33,062 nucleotides of DNA, taken from contig CAXAYM010000001.1 of assembly GCA_963973175.1 (NCBI GenBank), forward strand, positions 1 through 33,062. Reading direction: 5' to 3'. A program made the translations under genes and the position numbers. Source of the DNA: an uncultured Arenimonas sp. GTDB lineage: Bacteria > Pseudomonadota > Gammaproteobacteria > Xanthomonadales > Xanthomonadaceae. Position 1 is the stretch's first letter, and each line of letters starts with the position of its first letter. Of the stretch, positions 8,375 to 15,685 are shown in pieces. The notes below the pieces were generated by a model. It did no database searches. It had not been told where the DNA came from and saw nothing but the letters and a program-made list of their open reading frames with translations.

Positions 8375-9315
8375 TGCTCGCACGTACCGCCGGTGACCTG
8401 TTCTGGCTGGCCCGTTACATGGAGCGGGCCGACTACGTGGCGCGCCTGCTGCAGGTGGCCGGGCACATGAATGCCGTGCGCGTGGACGACGACCGCAGCA
8501 GCGAATGGGAATCGGCCATCGTCGCGGCCGGCTGCCTGGAGAGCTTCAATGAAGCCGGCGACACGCCGGACGAAGAAGGCGTCATCCGCTTCCTGGCCTT
8601 CGACCGCAGCAACCCCTCGTCCATCGCCAACTGCATCGAAACCGCCCGCCGCAACGCGCGCTCGGTGCGCACCTCGTTGACCACCGAGATGTGGGAGGCG
8701 GTGAACGTGGCCTCGCAGGAGCTGGCCGGCTTCACCGACGGCCCGCTCGACGCCGACCGCCTGGCCGAGTTCCTGGAGTGGGTGAAGGCGCGCGTGGGCC
8801 TGTTCCATGGCGTCTGCTCGAACGGCATGTTGCGCCGGGACAGCTTCTGCTTCATCCGTACCGGCCAGTTCCTCGAGCGTGCCGACAACACCGCCCGCTT
8901 GCTGGACGTGAAGTACCACGTGCGCCTGCCCGACGTCAGCGACGTCGGCGGCGTGGTGGACTATTACCAGTGGCTGGCCATCCTGCGCGTGGTGGGTGCC
9001 CGCCGGGCCTATCGCGTGCTGTTCAAGGGCCGGGTGCAGCCGGCGCACGTGGCCGAGCTGCTGATCAAGCGCACGGTGTTCCCGCGCTCGCTGGCGTTCT
9101 GTTACGAACAGATCACCCAGCACCTGGACGCCATCCAGGCCCAGGACCCGGACCTGGCCGCCGACGCCCGGCGCCAGGCCCATGCCATGTACGCCCAGCT
9201 GCGATTCGCCCGGATCGACAAGGTGATCGAAGACGGCCTGCATGAGTACCTCACCGACGTCGTCGACCGCACCCGCGATCTCGGCTCGGAAATCGCCAAG
9301 GGACATTTGTTCTGA
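8374..9315 (+). CDS. Alpha-E domain protein (DUF403)
   Basis: MLARTA..LFWLARYMERA, ARRNAR..R..LTTEMWE, FLERADNTARLLDVKY and FPRSL show the two conserved ER motifs. TGATG overlap with the upstream stop indicates translational coupling. Confidence 0.95.
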   Translation: MLARTAGDLFWLARYMERADYVARLLQVAGHMNAVRVDDDRSSEWESAIVAAGCLESFNEAGDTPDEEGVIRFLAFDRSNPSSIANCIETARRNARSVRTSLTTEMWEAVNVASQELAGFTDGPLDADRLAEFLEWVKARVGLFHGVCSNGMLRRDSFCFIRTGQFLERADNTARLLDVKYHVRLPDVSDVGGVVDYYQWLAILRVVGARRAYRVLFKGRVQPAHVAELLIKRTVFPRSLAFCYEQITQHLDAIQAQDPDLAADARRQAHAMYAQLRFARIDKVIEDGLHEYLTDVVDRTRDLGSEIAKGHLF

Positions 9316-9317
9316 CC

Positions 9318-10133
9318 ATGCTGCTGACCCTCTTCCACGACTCCCATTACCGCTACGCCGAGCCCGCCTGGGGTGTCGCCCAGGCCCTGCGGCTGTGGCC
9401 CGCGCCCAGCGGCAGCCAGACGATCAAGTCCTGGCGCGTGGACGTCAACGGCAAGTCGCTGCGCTCGACCTCGGTGGAGGGCTTCGGTAATCCGGTGGCC
9501 AGCCATGCCATTGATGGTCCAGTCTCCGCGCTGCAGGTCACGGTGCGTGGCCAGGTGCAGACGCACGACCGCAGCGGCGTGCACGGCGACGACGCCGGCG
9601 GGCTGCCACCGATGTTCTTCCTGCATCCGACCCCGCTGACGGCGCCATCGCCGGGTATCTGCCGCCTCGCCGACGCCGTGGGCGGGGAGGGCAGCACGCT
9701 CGAGCGCCTGCACCGACTGGTACAGGCCGTGCGCGACAAGGTCGATTACGTGCCCGATACCACCCACGCCGGCACCGTCGCCGCCGAGGCCTTCGAGGCC
9801 GGGCAGGGCGTTTGCCAGGACCATGCCCACGTCCTGATCGCCGCGGCCCGGCACCTGGGCGTGCCGGCGCGCTACATCAGCGGCTATCTGTGCCCAATGG
9901 AGCAGGATTCGGCGGCGGCCAGCCATGCCTGGGCCGAGCTGTTCATCGAGAGTTTGGGCTGGGTGGGCTTCGACCCGGCCAACCGCGTTTCGCCCGACGA
10001 GCACTATGTACGCGTGGCCTGCGGTCGCGATTACCACGACGCCGCCCCCATGCGCGGGGTGCATCGCGGTGGCGGCGAAGAAACCCTGGACGTGGATGTG
10101 CGCATCACCCAGGGCACGCAGGGTGCACAATAG
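9318..10133 (+). CDS. Transglutaminase-like protein with N-terminal bacterial transglutaminase domain
   Basis: Catalytic triad motifs GVCQDH, SHAWAE and GFDPAN, plus ARYISGYL and GRDY.DAAP. Confidence 0.95.
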   Translation: MLLTLFHDSHYRYAEPAWGVAQALRLWPAPSGSQTIKSWRVDVNGKSLRSTSVEGFGNPVASHAIDGPVSALQVTVRGQVQTHDRSGVHGDDAGGLPPMFFLHPTPLTAPSPGICRLADAVGGEGSTLERLHRLVQAVRDKVDYVPDTTHAGTVAAEAFEAGQGVCQDHAHVLIAAARHLGVPARYISGYLCPMEQDSAAASHAWAELFIESLGWVGFDPANRVSPDEHYVRVACGRDYHDAAPMRGVHRGGGEETLDVDVRITQGTQGAQ

Positions 10134-10160
10134 GCACCACCTGCTTCAAAGGAGTCTCGC

Positions 10161-10904
10161 GTGACCTATTGTGTTGGCTTGCTGCTCGACGAGGGCCTGG
10201 TGATGCTGGGTGATACCCGCACCAATGCCGGGTTCGACAACATTTCCTGCTTCTCGAAGCTGCAGAAGTTCCACGTGCCCGGCGAGCGACTGATGGCCAC
10301 GCTCACGGCCGGAAACCTGGCGATTTCCCAGGCGGTGCTCAACCTCGTCCAGGACGGCTTGCCCGATCCCGAGACCGGCAACGTCGAAACCATCTACACC
10401 GTGCCCACGATGTTCCGCGCCGCCGCCCTGCTGGGCGAGGCCGTGCGCAAGGTGCACCGGACCCACGGCGAGGCGATGAAGCAGCAGGACGTCTCCTTCG
10501 ACGTGTCCATCATGCTGGGCGGGCAGATCGCCGGGCGCACCCTGCGCCTGTTCCACATCTACGCCGCCGGCAACTTCATCGAGGCCACGGCCGACACGCC
10601 CTACCTGCAGATCGGCGAGCACAAATACGGCAAGCCCATGCTCGACCGCGCGGTGAGCCGCGAAACCAGCCTGATCGAAGGCGTGAAGCTGGCGCTGATC
10701 TCGATGGATTCGACGCTGCGCTCCAACCTCAGTGTCGGCATGCCGCTGGACTTGCTGGTCTACCAGAACGACAGCATCGACAATGTCGTCGAGCAGCGAA
10801 TCAGCGAAGGCGATGAGTATTTTGAGATGCTGCGCAGCGAATGGTCCAAGGGCCTGACCGAAGCGCACACGCGCATTCCGCCGCCGGATTGGCTCGCGCC
10901 CTAG
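10161..10904 (+). CDS. anbu: Proteasome-type (Anbu) Ntn-hydrolase peptidase
   Basis: GTG start with AAGGAG RBS. N-terminus M-TYCVG exposes Thr1. Also DTRTNAG.D, AGNLA.SQ, AGNFIEA, QIGE.KYGKP.LDR and SMDSTLRSNLSVG.PLD. Canonical operon context. Confidence 0.95.
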   Translation: MTYCVGLLLDEGLVMLGDTRTNAGFDNISCFSKLQKFHVPGERLMATLTAGNLAISQAVLNLVQDGLPDPETGNVETIYTVPTMFRAAALLGEAVRKVHRTHGEAMKQQDVSFDVSIMLGGQIAGRTLRLFHIYAAGNFIEATADTPYLQIGEHKYGKPMLDRAVSRETSLIEGVKLALISMDSTLRSNLSVGMPLDLLVYQNDSIDNVVEQRISEGDEYFEMLRSEWSKGLTEAHTRIPPPDWLAP

Positions 10905-10915
10905 GAGGCCGCCCC

Positions 10916-11677
10916 ATGGAAAAGCTTGCCGATACCTTCTGGAACATCCGGGGTGTATTCCGCGTCGTGGGCGTGCTCAACATCGGCACGCACATGTCCG
11001 TGGTCAAGCGCGACAACGGAAGGTTCGTGGTCCTCGACGGCTGCGAGCTCGACGACGCCCAGCGCGAAGCGTTGCTGGCCCTCACCGGCAACGGCGAAAA
11101 GGTCGAGGCGGTGATGCACGTGCATCCCTTCCATACCCTGCACGTGGAAGCCACGCACCAGCTGTTCCCGAAGGCGACGCTGTACGGCACGGCGCGGCAT
11201 CGCCAGAAGGCGCCGTCGCTGCCCTGGTCGGACGCGCCGGTCGAAGACTGGGGTGACGACCATCCGCTGGCCGACACCTTCAACCTGTCCGTGCCCGAAG
11301 GCGTGCACTTCGTGTCGGCGGACGAGCGCGTGCACGTCGCTTCGGTGCTGGTTCGCCACCGGCAAAGCGGCATCGTGCACGTGGACGACACCTTCAACGT
11401 GATGGCTGCCTCCGGCACCCTGGGCAAGATCCTCCCGCAGTCCTCGCTGCGCATGCACCCCATGCTCTCGCGTGCGCTGAAGCAGGAGCCCGGCGCCGCC
11501 GACGCCTACGCCGGCTGGGCGCGCTGGCTGGCCTCGGCCTGGTCGAAGACATCGATCGTCTGCGCCGCCCACTCGGCCGTACGCGAACTGCCGCCCGGCG
11601 GCTTCAGGAAAGAAGTCGAAGACGCGCTGCAGAAGGTGTCCGGCGTACTCGACGGCCACCGCCGGCGCTACGGCTAG
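10916..11677 (+). CDS. Hypothetical protein with metallo-beta-lactamase-like fold
   Basis: HVHPFHTLH (HxHxxH-type), VVLD, HVDD and a C-terminal AAH. AGGAGG RBS within the 11-nt gap after the Anbu stop. Confidence 0.7.
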   Translation: MEKLADTFWNIRGVFRVVGVLNIGTHMSVVKRDNGRFVVLDGCELDDAQREALLALTGNGEKVEAVMHVHPFHTLHVEATHQLFPKATLYGTARHRQKAPSLPWSDAPVEDWGDDHPLADTFNLSVPEGVHFVSADERVHVASVLVRHRQSGIVHVDDTFNVMAASGTLGKILPQSSLRMHPMLSRALKQEPGAADAYAGWARWLASAWSKTSIVCAAHSAVRELPPGGFRKEVEDALQKVSGVLDGHRRRYG

Positions 11678-11764
11678 CCGGCGCTCAGACACCCGTGGTG
11701 CCATGCCGCCTGTCGGCGTACACGAAAGTCAGGTCGCGTCGAGGGCTCACGATGGCAGGACCGG

Positions 11765-12073
11765 TCAGGCCGCAAGACCAGCCACTAGTGTGAGTCCAAA
11801 TGCTGCGAGGCAAAGGTGCGAGAAGAGATGGATCCACTTGAGCCGATCAAGAATTCGAACGATGAACGGGTCGCTCAGGCGTCTGTGCTTGTTCCTGACG
11901 AGGTAGGCGAAGAATGTGCCGTCCCCGATCCAGATCATGGACGGAGATCCACATGACCTGAATTCTTCTGGATACGCGTCCTTGAACAAGGGCAGTGCAT
12001 ATGCCGCGTAGAAGATCCACGCAAGAATCGAGATGCCCGCGAAGAAGAATGTGATGGCGATCCAGCTGGACAT
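11765..12073 (-). CDS. Small hypothetical membrane protein (2 TM)
   Basis: About 102 aa with hydrophobic N- and C-terminal helices; lies in a lower-GC patch. Confidence 0.6.
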   Translation of the reverse strand: MSSWIAITFFFAGISILAWIFYAAYALPLFKDAYPEEFRSCGSPSMIWIGDGTFFAYLVRNKHRRLSDPFIVRILDRLKWIHLFSHLCLAAFGLTLVAGLAA

Positions 12074-12076
12074 GAG

Positions 12077-12133
12077 GCCCAAGACCCTGAGTTGATCCGC
12101 GCCGGCGTCGGCGCGTTGAATAATTGATCAGTC
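12077..12133 (-). other. Possible degenerate integron attC-like element between two small ORFs
   Basis: The minus strand reads GACTGATCAATTATTCAACGCGCCGACGCCGGCGCGGATCAACTCAGGGTCTTGGGC, with a central inverted repeat CGCGCCG/CGGCGCG at 12098-12115. The layout resembles ~60-bp attC sites, but both core sites are imperfect. Confidence 0.35.
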
Positions 12134-12454
12134 CGGCCCTACGGATGGCGGAAAGAAGGCGGCGAAAGTAGTCAGGAAAAACGCAACGAATCCCATGAAG
12201 AGCACCATCTGCCGATTTCTGGTCAAGCTTCCGGGTCGCAGGAATCGCTGTACGAACAAGCCGGCGACGAAGCCTGGAAAAGTGGCAAGTGCACCGCCAA
12301 GCCACAGAGCCTCGAAGAAGTGCGTCGTTCCGAAGGTACTCAGGCCGACGCCGGCGCCGATCAATTGAGCGACCAAGGTGGTCACATATAGCGGCCGCAC
12401 CGGCGCGAGCTCGCTCCAGCTGTAACTGAGTTTTATGGAGCTTTTGGATCCCAT
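12128..12454 (-). CDS. Small hypothetical membrane protein (3 TM)
   Basis: 108 aa with three hydrophobic segments. Starts 6 nt after the trmY stop; lower GC. Confidence 0.6.
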   Translation of the reverse strand: MGSKSSIKLSYSWSELAPVRPLYVTTLVAQLIGAGVGLSTFGTTHFFEALWLGGALATFPGFVAGLFVQRFLRPGSLTRNRQMVLFMGFVAFFLTTFAAFFPPSVGPD

Positions 12455-12460
12455 GGTCGA

Positions 12461-13060
12461 CTACGCCTGGCGCTGGTCCAGTTCGTGGTGGATCAGCACC
12501 ACGCACTGCGACGCGAACAGCATCGTCTTGCCCAGCGTTATCCGGGTCGCCCCCAGGCGGTCCAGGGTGTGGAAGGTGTTCTTGGGCATCGGGATGTGGT
12601 CGGTCAGCAGGAAGCAGGGGTTGGCGGGGAAGGCCTGATCGCGGATCGGCTTGCCTTTCCTGTCCATCACGAACAGCGGCTGGTTCTGCGCAAGCTGCTG
12701 CACCAGGCGCTCGAAGCTGATGGTCTGCACGGTGACGCCGCTTTCCACCGGCCGGGTTTCCTCCTTGCCCATGCCCCGCGAGGCGTCCAGCGCCTTGGCG
12801 ACCTTGCCCAGCAGCGCCTGTTCGTTGAAGCCGTTCAGTTCGTGCATGGCATCGGCTTCGAACCGAACGGTGCGCGAATAGTCCTGGGTGCTTTCCAGCA
12901 CCAGGTAAACCACCACGTCGGGTCGGTGCGACTGGGCCACGAAGATGGCGTTCATCAGCGTGTGCGCCAGGATCTCGGCGTGGGCATCGCCGCCGACCGA
13001 GGCCAGGAGCTTGCTGCTGTCGGTGGGGGCGGCGCGGGCCCGGAGCACGAAAGTTCGCAT
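12461..13060 (-). CDS. trmY: TrmY-like SPOUT methyltransferase (tRNA pseudouridine54-N1-methyltransferase family)
   Basis: MRTFVLRARAAPT, N.IFVAQSHR.D, FLLTDHIPM and C-terminal LG..MLFASQCVVLIHHELD. About 199 aa from ATG 13060. Confidence 0.88.
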   Translation of the reverse strand: MRTFVLRARAAPTDSSKLLASVGGDAHAEILAHTLMNAIFVAQSHRPDVVVYLVLESTQDYSRTVRFEADAMHELNGFNEQALLGKVAKALDASRGMGKEETRPVESGVTVQTISFERLVQQLAQNQPLFVMDRKGKPIRDQAFPANPCFLLTDHIPMPKNTFHTLDRLGATRITLGKTMLFASQCVVLIHHELDQRQA

Positions 13061-13107
13061 GGGCGCATTGTCCACGATTGCGTGTCGCCGGGGCAATATC
13101 CCCGGCG

Positions 13108-14688
13108 CTATTTCCCCGTGGTCTGGTAAGCGGGCGCGTTGTCCCAGAGCCGCCGTGGCGTCTTGAGCAGGGTGCGCGCCGTTGCGCTGCAACTACCGTC
13201 GCCCCGGCACTCGACGCGCATCGTGGCGGAGACCGTGAAGCTGATCGGGGTGGTCTGGTACCGCTGCCACCAATCCAGCACCGCCCGTCGGCGGTCATCT
13301 TCCGGCAGCTGCGAGGCCCAGCGCACCACCACGTTCTTGTTCTGGCGGTAGGCGATCGGAATGGTGAACTCCTGGCCCGGGTCCATGTGGGCAATGCCGA
13401 CGATTGTCGTTTCCAGCAGGTCGCCGCTGTTGCCCAGGATCAGCTGGGCGTTGCTCACGGGCTTGGAGCCGGCGTTGCGCAGGGTCACCTCGAAGTAGGG
13501 GTCGGCAATGTATCGGCGGCACCAGTGCACCGATTCGCGCTGCTTGCGTGCCATTTCGCGGGCGGTGTCAAGCAGGGCCTGGCGCGTGCGCTGGCGGATC
13601 TCCTCGCGCGCTTCTTCCATCGCCATTTCGGCCAGCGCTCCAGTGGCGGGAACGGGGATCTGCTGGGCGACCTGGGTCGCCAGGTAGTCGGCGCCGCCAG
13701 TCATCAGTTGGTCCATGTTGGGGATCGACGGCGGAATGCCGGCGGCCGCCAGCGCCGTGTCCAGCGCCATGGAGATCACCGACTCGGGAACGAAGGGCAG
13801 CAGGCTGCCGACCAGGGAGACCGCCATCTTCTTGAGGTCGCCGTAGGCGGTGGCCGCCCAGTTGACCAGGTCCACCAACGCCCCGGGCACCTCGCCGATG
13901 ACGTCAATGGCATTCTTGCCGTCGTCGCGCGGGATGACTTCGCAGCCTGCCGGCCAGTGCTCGATCCGCACGGTGGGCTGGTAGCGGAACCTGGCCAGGC
14001 GCAGGTCGAAGTCTTCGCGAGACACGACCTCGAAGCCCGACATGTCCGGCTTGGGTTCGGGGGGCTCGGCCATGACCAGTTCAAGCGCCGGCGAGGGCTT
14101 TCCGACGATCGCCGGACGCCGCTTGGGGTCGAGGCTTGGGCGGTCATCGACCGGCACGACGCGCACGTAGTAGCGGGGCGCGGGCGGCGACCAGGTGGCG
14201 CCCGACTGCGCGGCGAGGCGGGCCACCGAGGGGTCGAGCGCCGGGGCCTCCGGCTGCGCGGAGCGCGCCAGCGCGGGCAGGGCGGCGACGCGCCTGAAAC
14301 GTTCGGGCTTGGGGTGGAAGGCCTGGACGTCGATCTCGAACACGCGCCCGCTGGTCAGGCCGCTGGCGACCAGGCCGATGGGCGCGTCCACGGGGCCATA
14401 GAACGGATTGCGACTGACCTGCCACATCAGCCGCCCGATGCGCGGCTCCCGGTCCAGGTTGGATTCGAACTCAACCGCGACGGTGCGGTCCGGCGGCAGG
14501 TACTTGCTGTCGCTGCTATCGGGAATATCGCCGCGGCGGTAGAAGGCCAGCTCGGCCCGGGGCAGGTCGATCGCCACCGGCCGGAGCTCCACCGGCTGGC
14601 GCTGCACCTGCAGCGTGGGTGTCTGGGCCAATGCCGGCAGTGCCAGCACCAGGGCCAGGGCGGAAGCGAAGCCACCTGCGATACGCAT
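13108..14688 (-). CDS. Hypothetical secreted protein (526 aa)
   Basis: Signal peptide ending LALPALA, GGAGGG RBS and coding-like GC3 bias. Beta-rich termini flank a helical hydrophobic core (ALAAAGIPPSIPNMDQL). Confidence 0.75.
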   Translation of the reverse strand: MRIAGGFASALALVLALPALAQTPTLQVQRQPVELRPVAIDLPRAELAFYRRGDIPDSSDSKYLPPDRTVAVEFESNLDREPRIGRLMWQVSRNPFYGPVDAPIGLVASGLTSGRVFEIDVQAFHPKPERFRRVAALPALARSAQPEAPALDPSVARLAAQSGATWSPPAPRYYVRVVPVDDRPSLDPKRRPAIVGKPSPALELVMAEPPEPKPDMSGFEVVSREDFDLRLARFRYQPTVRIEHWPAGCEVIPRDDGKNAIDVIGEVPGALVDLVNWAATAYGDLKKMAVSLVGSLLPFVPESVISMALDTALAAAGIPPSIPNMDQLMTGGADYLATQVAQQIPVPATGALAEMAMEEAREEIRQRTRQALLDTAREMARKQRESVHWCRRYIADPYFEVTLRNAGSKPVSNAQLILGNSGDLLETTIVGIAHMDPGQEFTIPIAYRQNKNVVVRWASQLPEDDRRRAVLDWWQRYQTTPISFTVSATMRVECRGDGSCSATARTLLKTPRRLWDNAPAYQTTGK

Positions 14689-14712
14689 GGTGCGCCCTCC
14701 CGGGTTTTGGCG

Positions 14713-15069
14713 CTATTTGATGTCGACCAACGGATTGAAGCCGCCGAAGATCATGCGCGCGCCGTCCAGGGGCATCGGATTGGCCTTGGGGTCCATGCGC
14801 GGGTCTTCCATCATCTTCTTCATGCCCGCGTCGCGCGTTTCCTTGTCGGGCCACTCGATCCAGGAAAACGCCACGGTTTCGTCGTCCTTGCACTGCACCG
14901 CGCGCTTGAAGTCGGTCTGCTTCCCGTCTGGCACGTCGTCGCCCCAACACTCGACCACCCGGGTGGCGCCGAATTCCATGAAGAGGGTGTCGAACTTCTT
15001 CGCGTAATCAATGAAGGCCTGCTTGTTGGCGTTGGGTACGGCGAATACGAAACCATCGACATAGCTCAT
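14713..15069 (-). CDS. DUF1428 (YbaA-like) protein
   Basis: MSYVDGFV.AVP, FGATRVVECWGDDVPDGKQTDFKRAV, ETVAFSWIEWPDK and MPLDGARMIFGGF. AGGAG RBS. Confidence 0.92.
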   Translation of the reverse strand: MSYVDGFVFAVPNANKQAFIDYAKKFDTLFMEFGATRVVECWGDDVPDGKQTDFKRAVQCKDDETVAFSWIEWPDKETRDAGMKKMMEDPRMDPKANPMPLDGARMIFGGFNPLVDIK

Positions 15070-15275
15070 GGCAGTCTCCTGCGAAGGCGCGGGGCGCGGG
15101 CTGAGGGACCAGCCTACTGCCGTCCGCGAGCCGCCGGAAGTCCCGCCCCGCACCGATGGCGCCAAGGGGTCTCCTTGGGTACGGGTGCCTGGGGCACCGA
15201 GCCTGCGTCGCGCCGGTCCCCGCGCGAGGCCGGTTGCCGCTTGCGCAGTCCGGGGTCGCGGGTCTGTAATGCGCC

Positions 15276-15656
15276 ATGCCTGGAGACGTCCACGTGGTTC
15301 GGCTGGAAGGGGTGCGTACCCTGGGACAGGCCGTGGACGAGATTGATGCCTGCCTGCGCAAGGCGCGCGAGGAGGGAGTCCGGCGCTTGCTGATAGACAT
15401 CCGCGGCCTGTGCGGCTTTCCCAAGCCGGACCTTTCCGCCCGGCTGGTGATGGTCCGCCGTTGGGCGGCCACCGCCGGCGGTGGCATGAAGGTCGCGATG
15501 ATCAGCCCCCGCTCGCTCAACGACGGTGAGCGATTCGACATCGTCCTGGCCAGGGCCCTGGCCTTCGACGGGGACGTGTTCGAAACGGAAGAGGATGCCC
15601 GCCACTGGCTGGACCAGCGACCGGCCCTGTGGGCCGGCCCACCCCCGGTGTTCTGA
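15276..15656 (+). CDS. Hypothetical protein, possibly STAS/SpoIIAA-like fold
   Basis: 126 aa with RLLIDIRGL, KVAMI and VFETEEDARHWL, a pattern typical of STAS/SEC14-like small proteins. Confidence 0.6.
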   Translation: MPGDVHVVRLEGVRTLGQAVDEIDACLRKAREEGVRRLLIDIRGLCGFPKPDLSARLVMVRRWAATAGGGMKVAMISPRSLNDGERFDIVLARALAFDGDVFETEEDARHWLDQRPALWAGPPPVF

Positions 15657-15685
15657 GTGGATCGCGCTGGGGTCCGGCGCGGCCA

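Noticed and set aside
15067-15081. Identical 15-mer CAGGAGACTGCCATG at the starts of the DUF1428 gene (minus strand) and ybiI (27334-27348)
   Set aside because: Most of it is SD plus ATG, so it is explained by shared translation-initiation preference. It is too short to call a mobile repeat or regulon motif.
15070-15275. GC-rich 200-bp divergent intergenic region with short hairpins (e.g. GGTGCC-tgg-GGCACC), considered as an ncRNA or riboswitch
   Set aside because: No recognisable riboswitch consensus, and short stems are expected at this GC content.
13078-15393. 771-aa plus-strand ORF, and similar long ORFs such as 15629-17581 (+), 1623-3179 (-), 17079-18671 (-) and 31182-32879 (+)
   Set aside because: They are antisense or frame-shifted shadows of well-supported genes in high-GC DNA, with no recognisable motifs.
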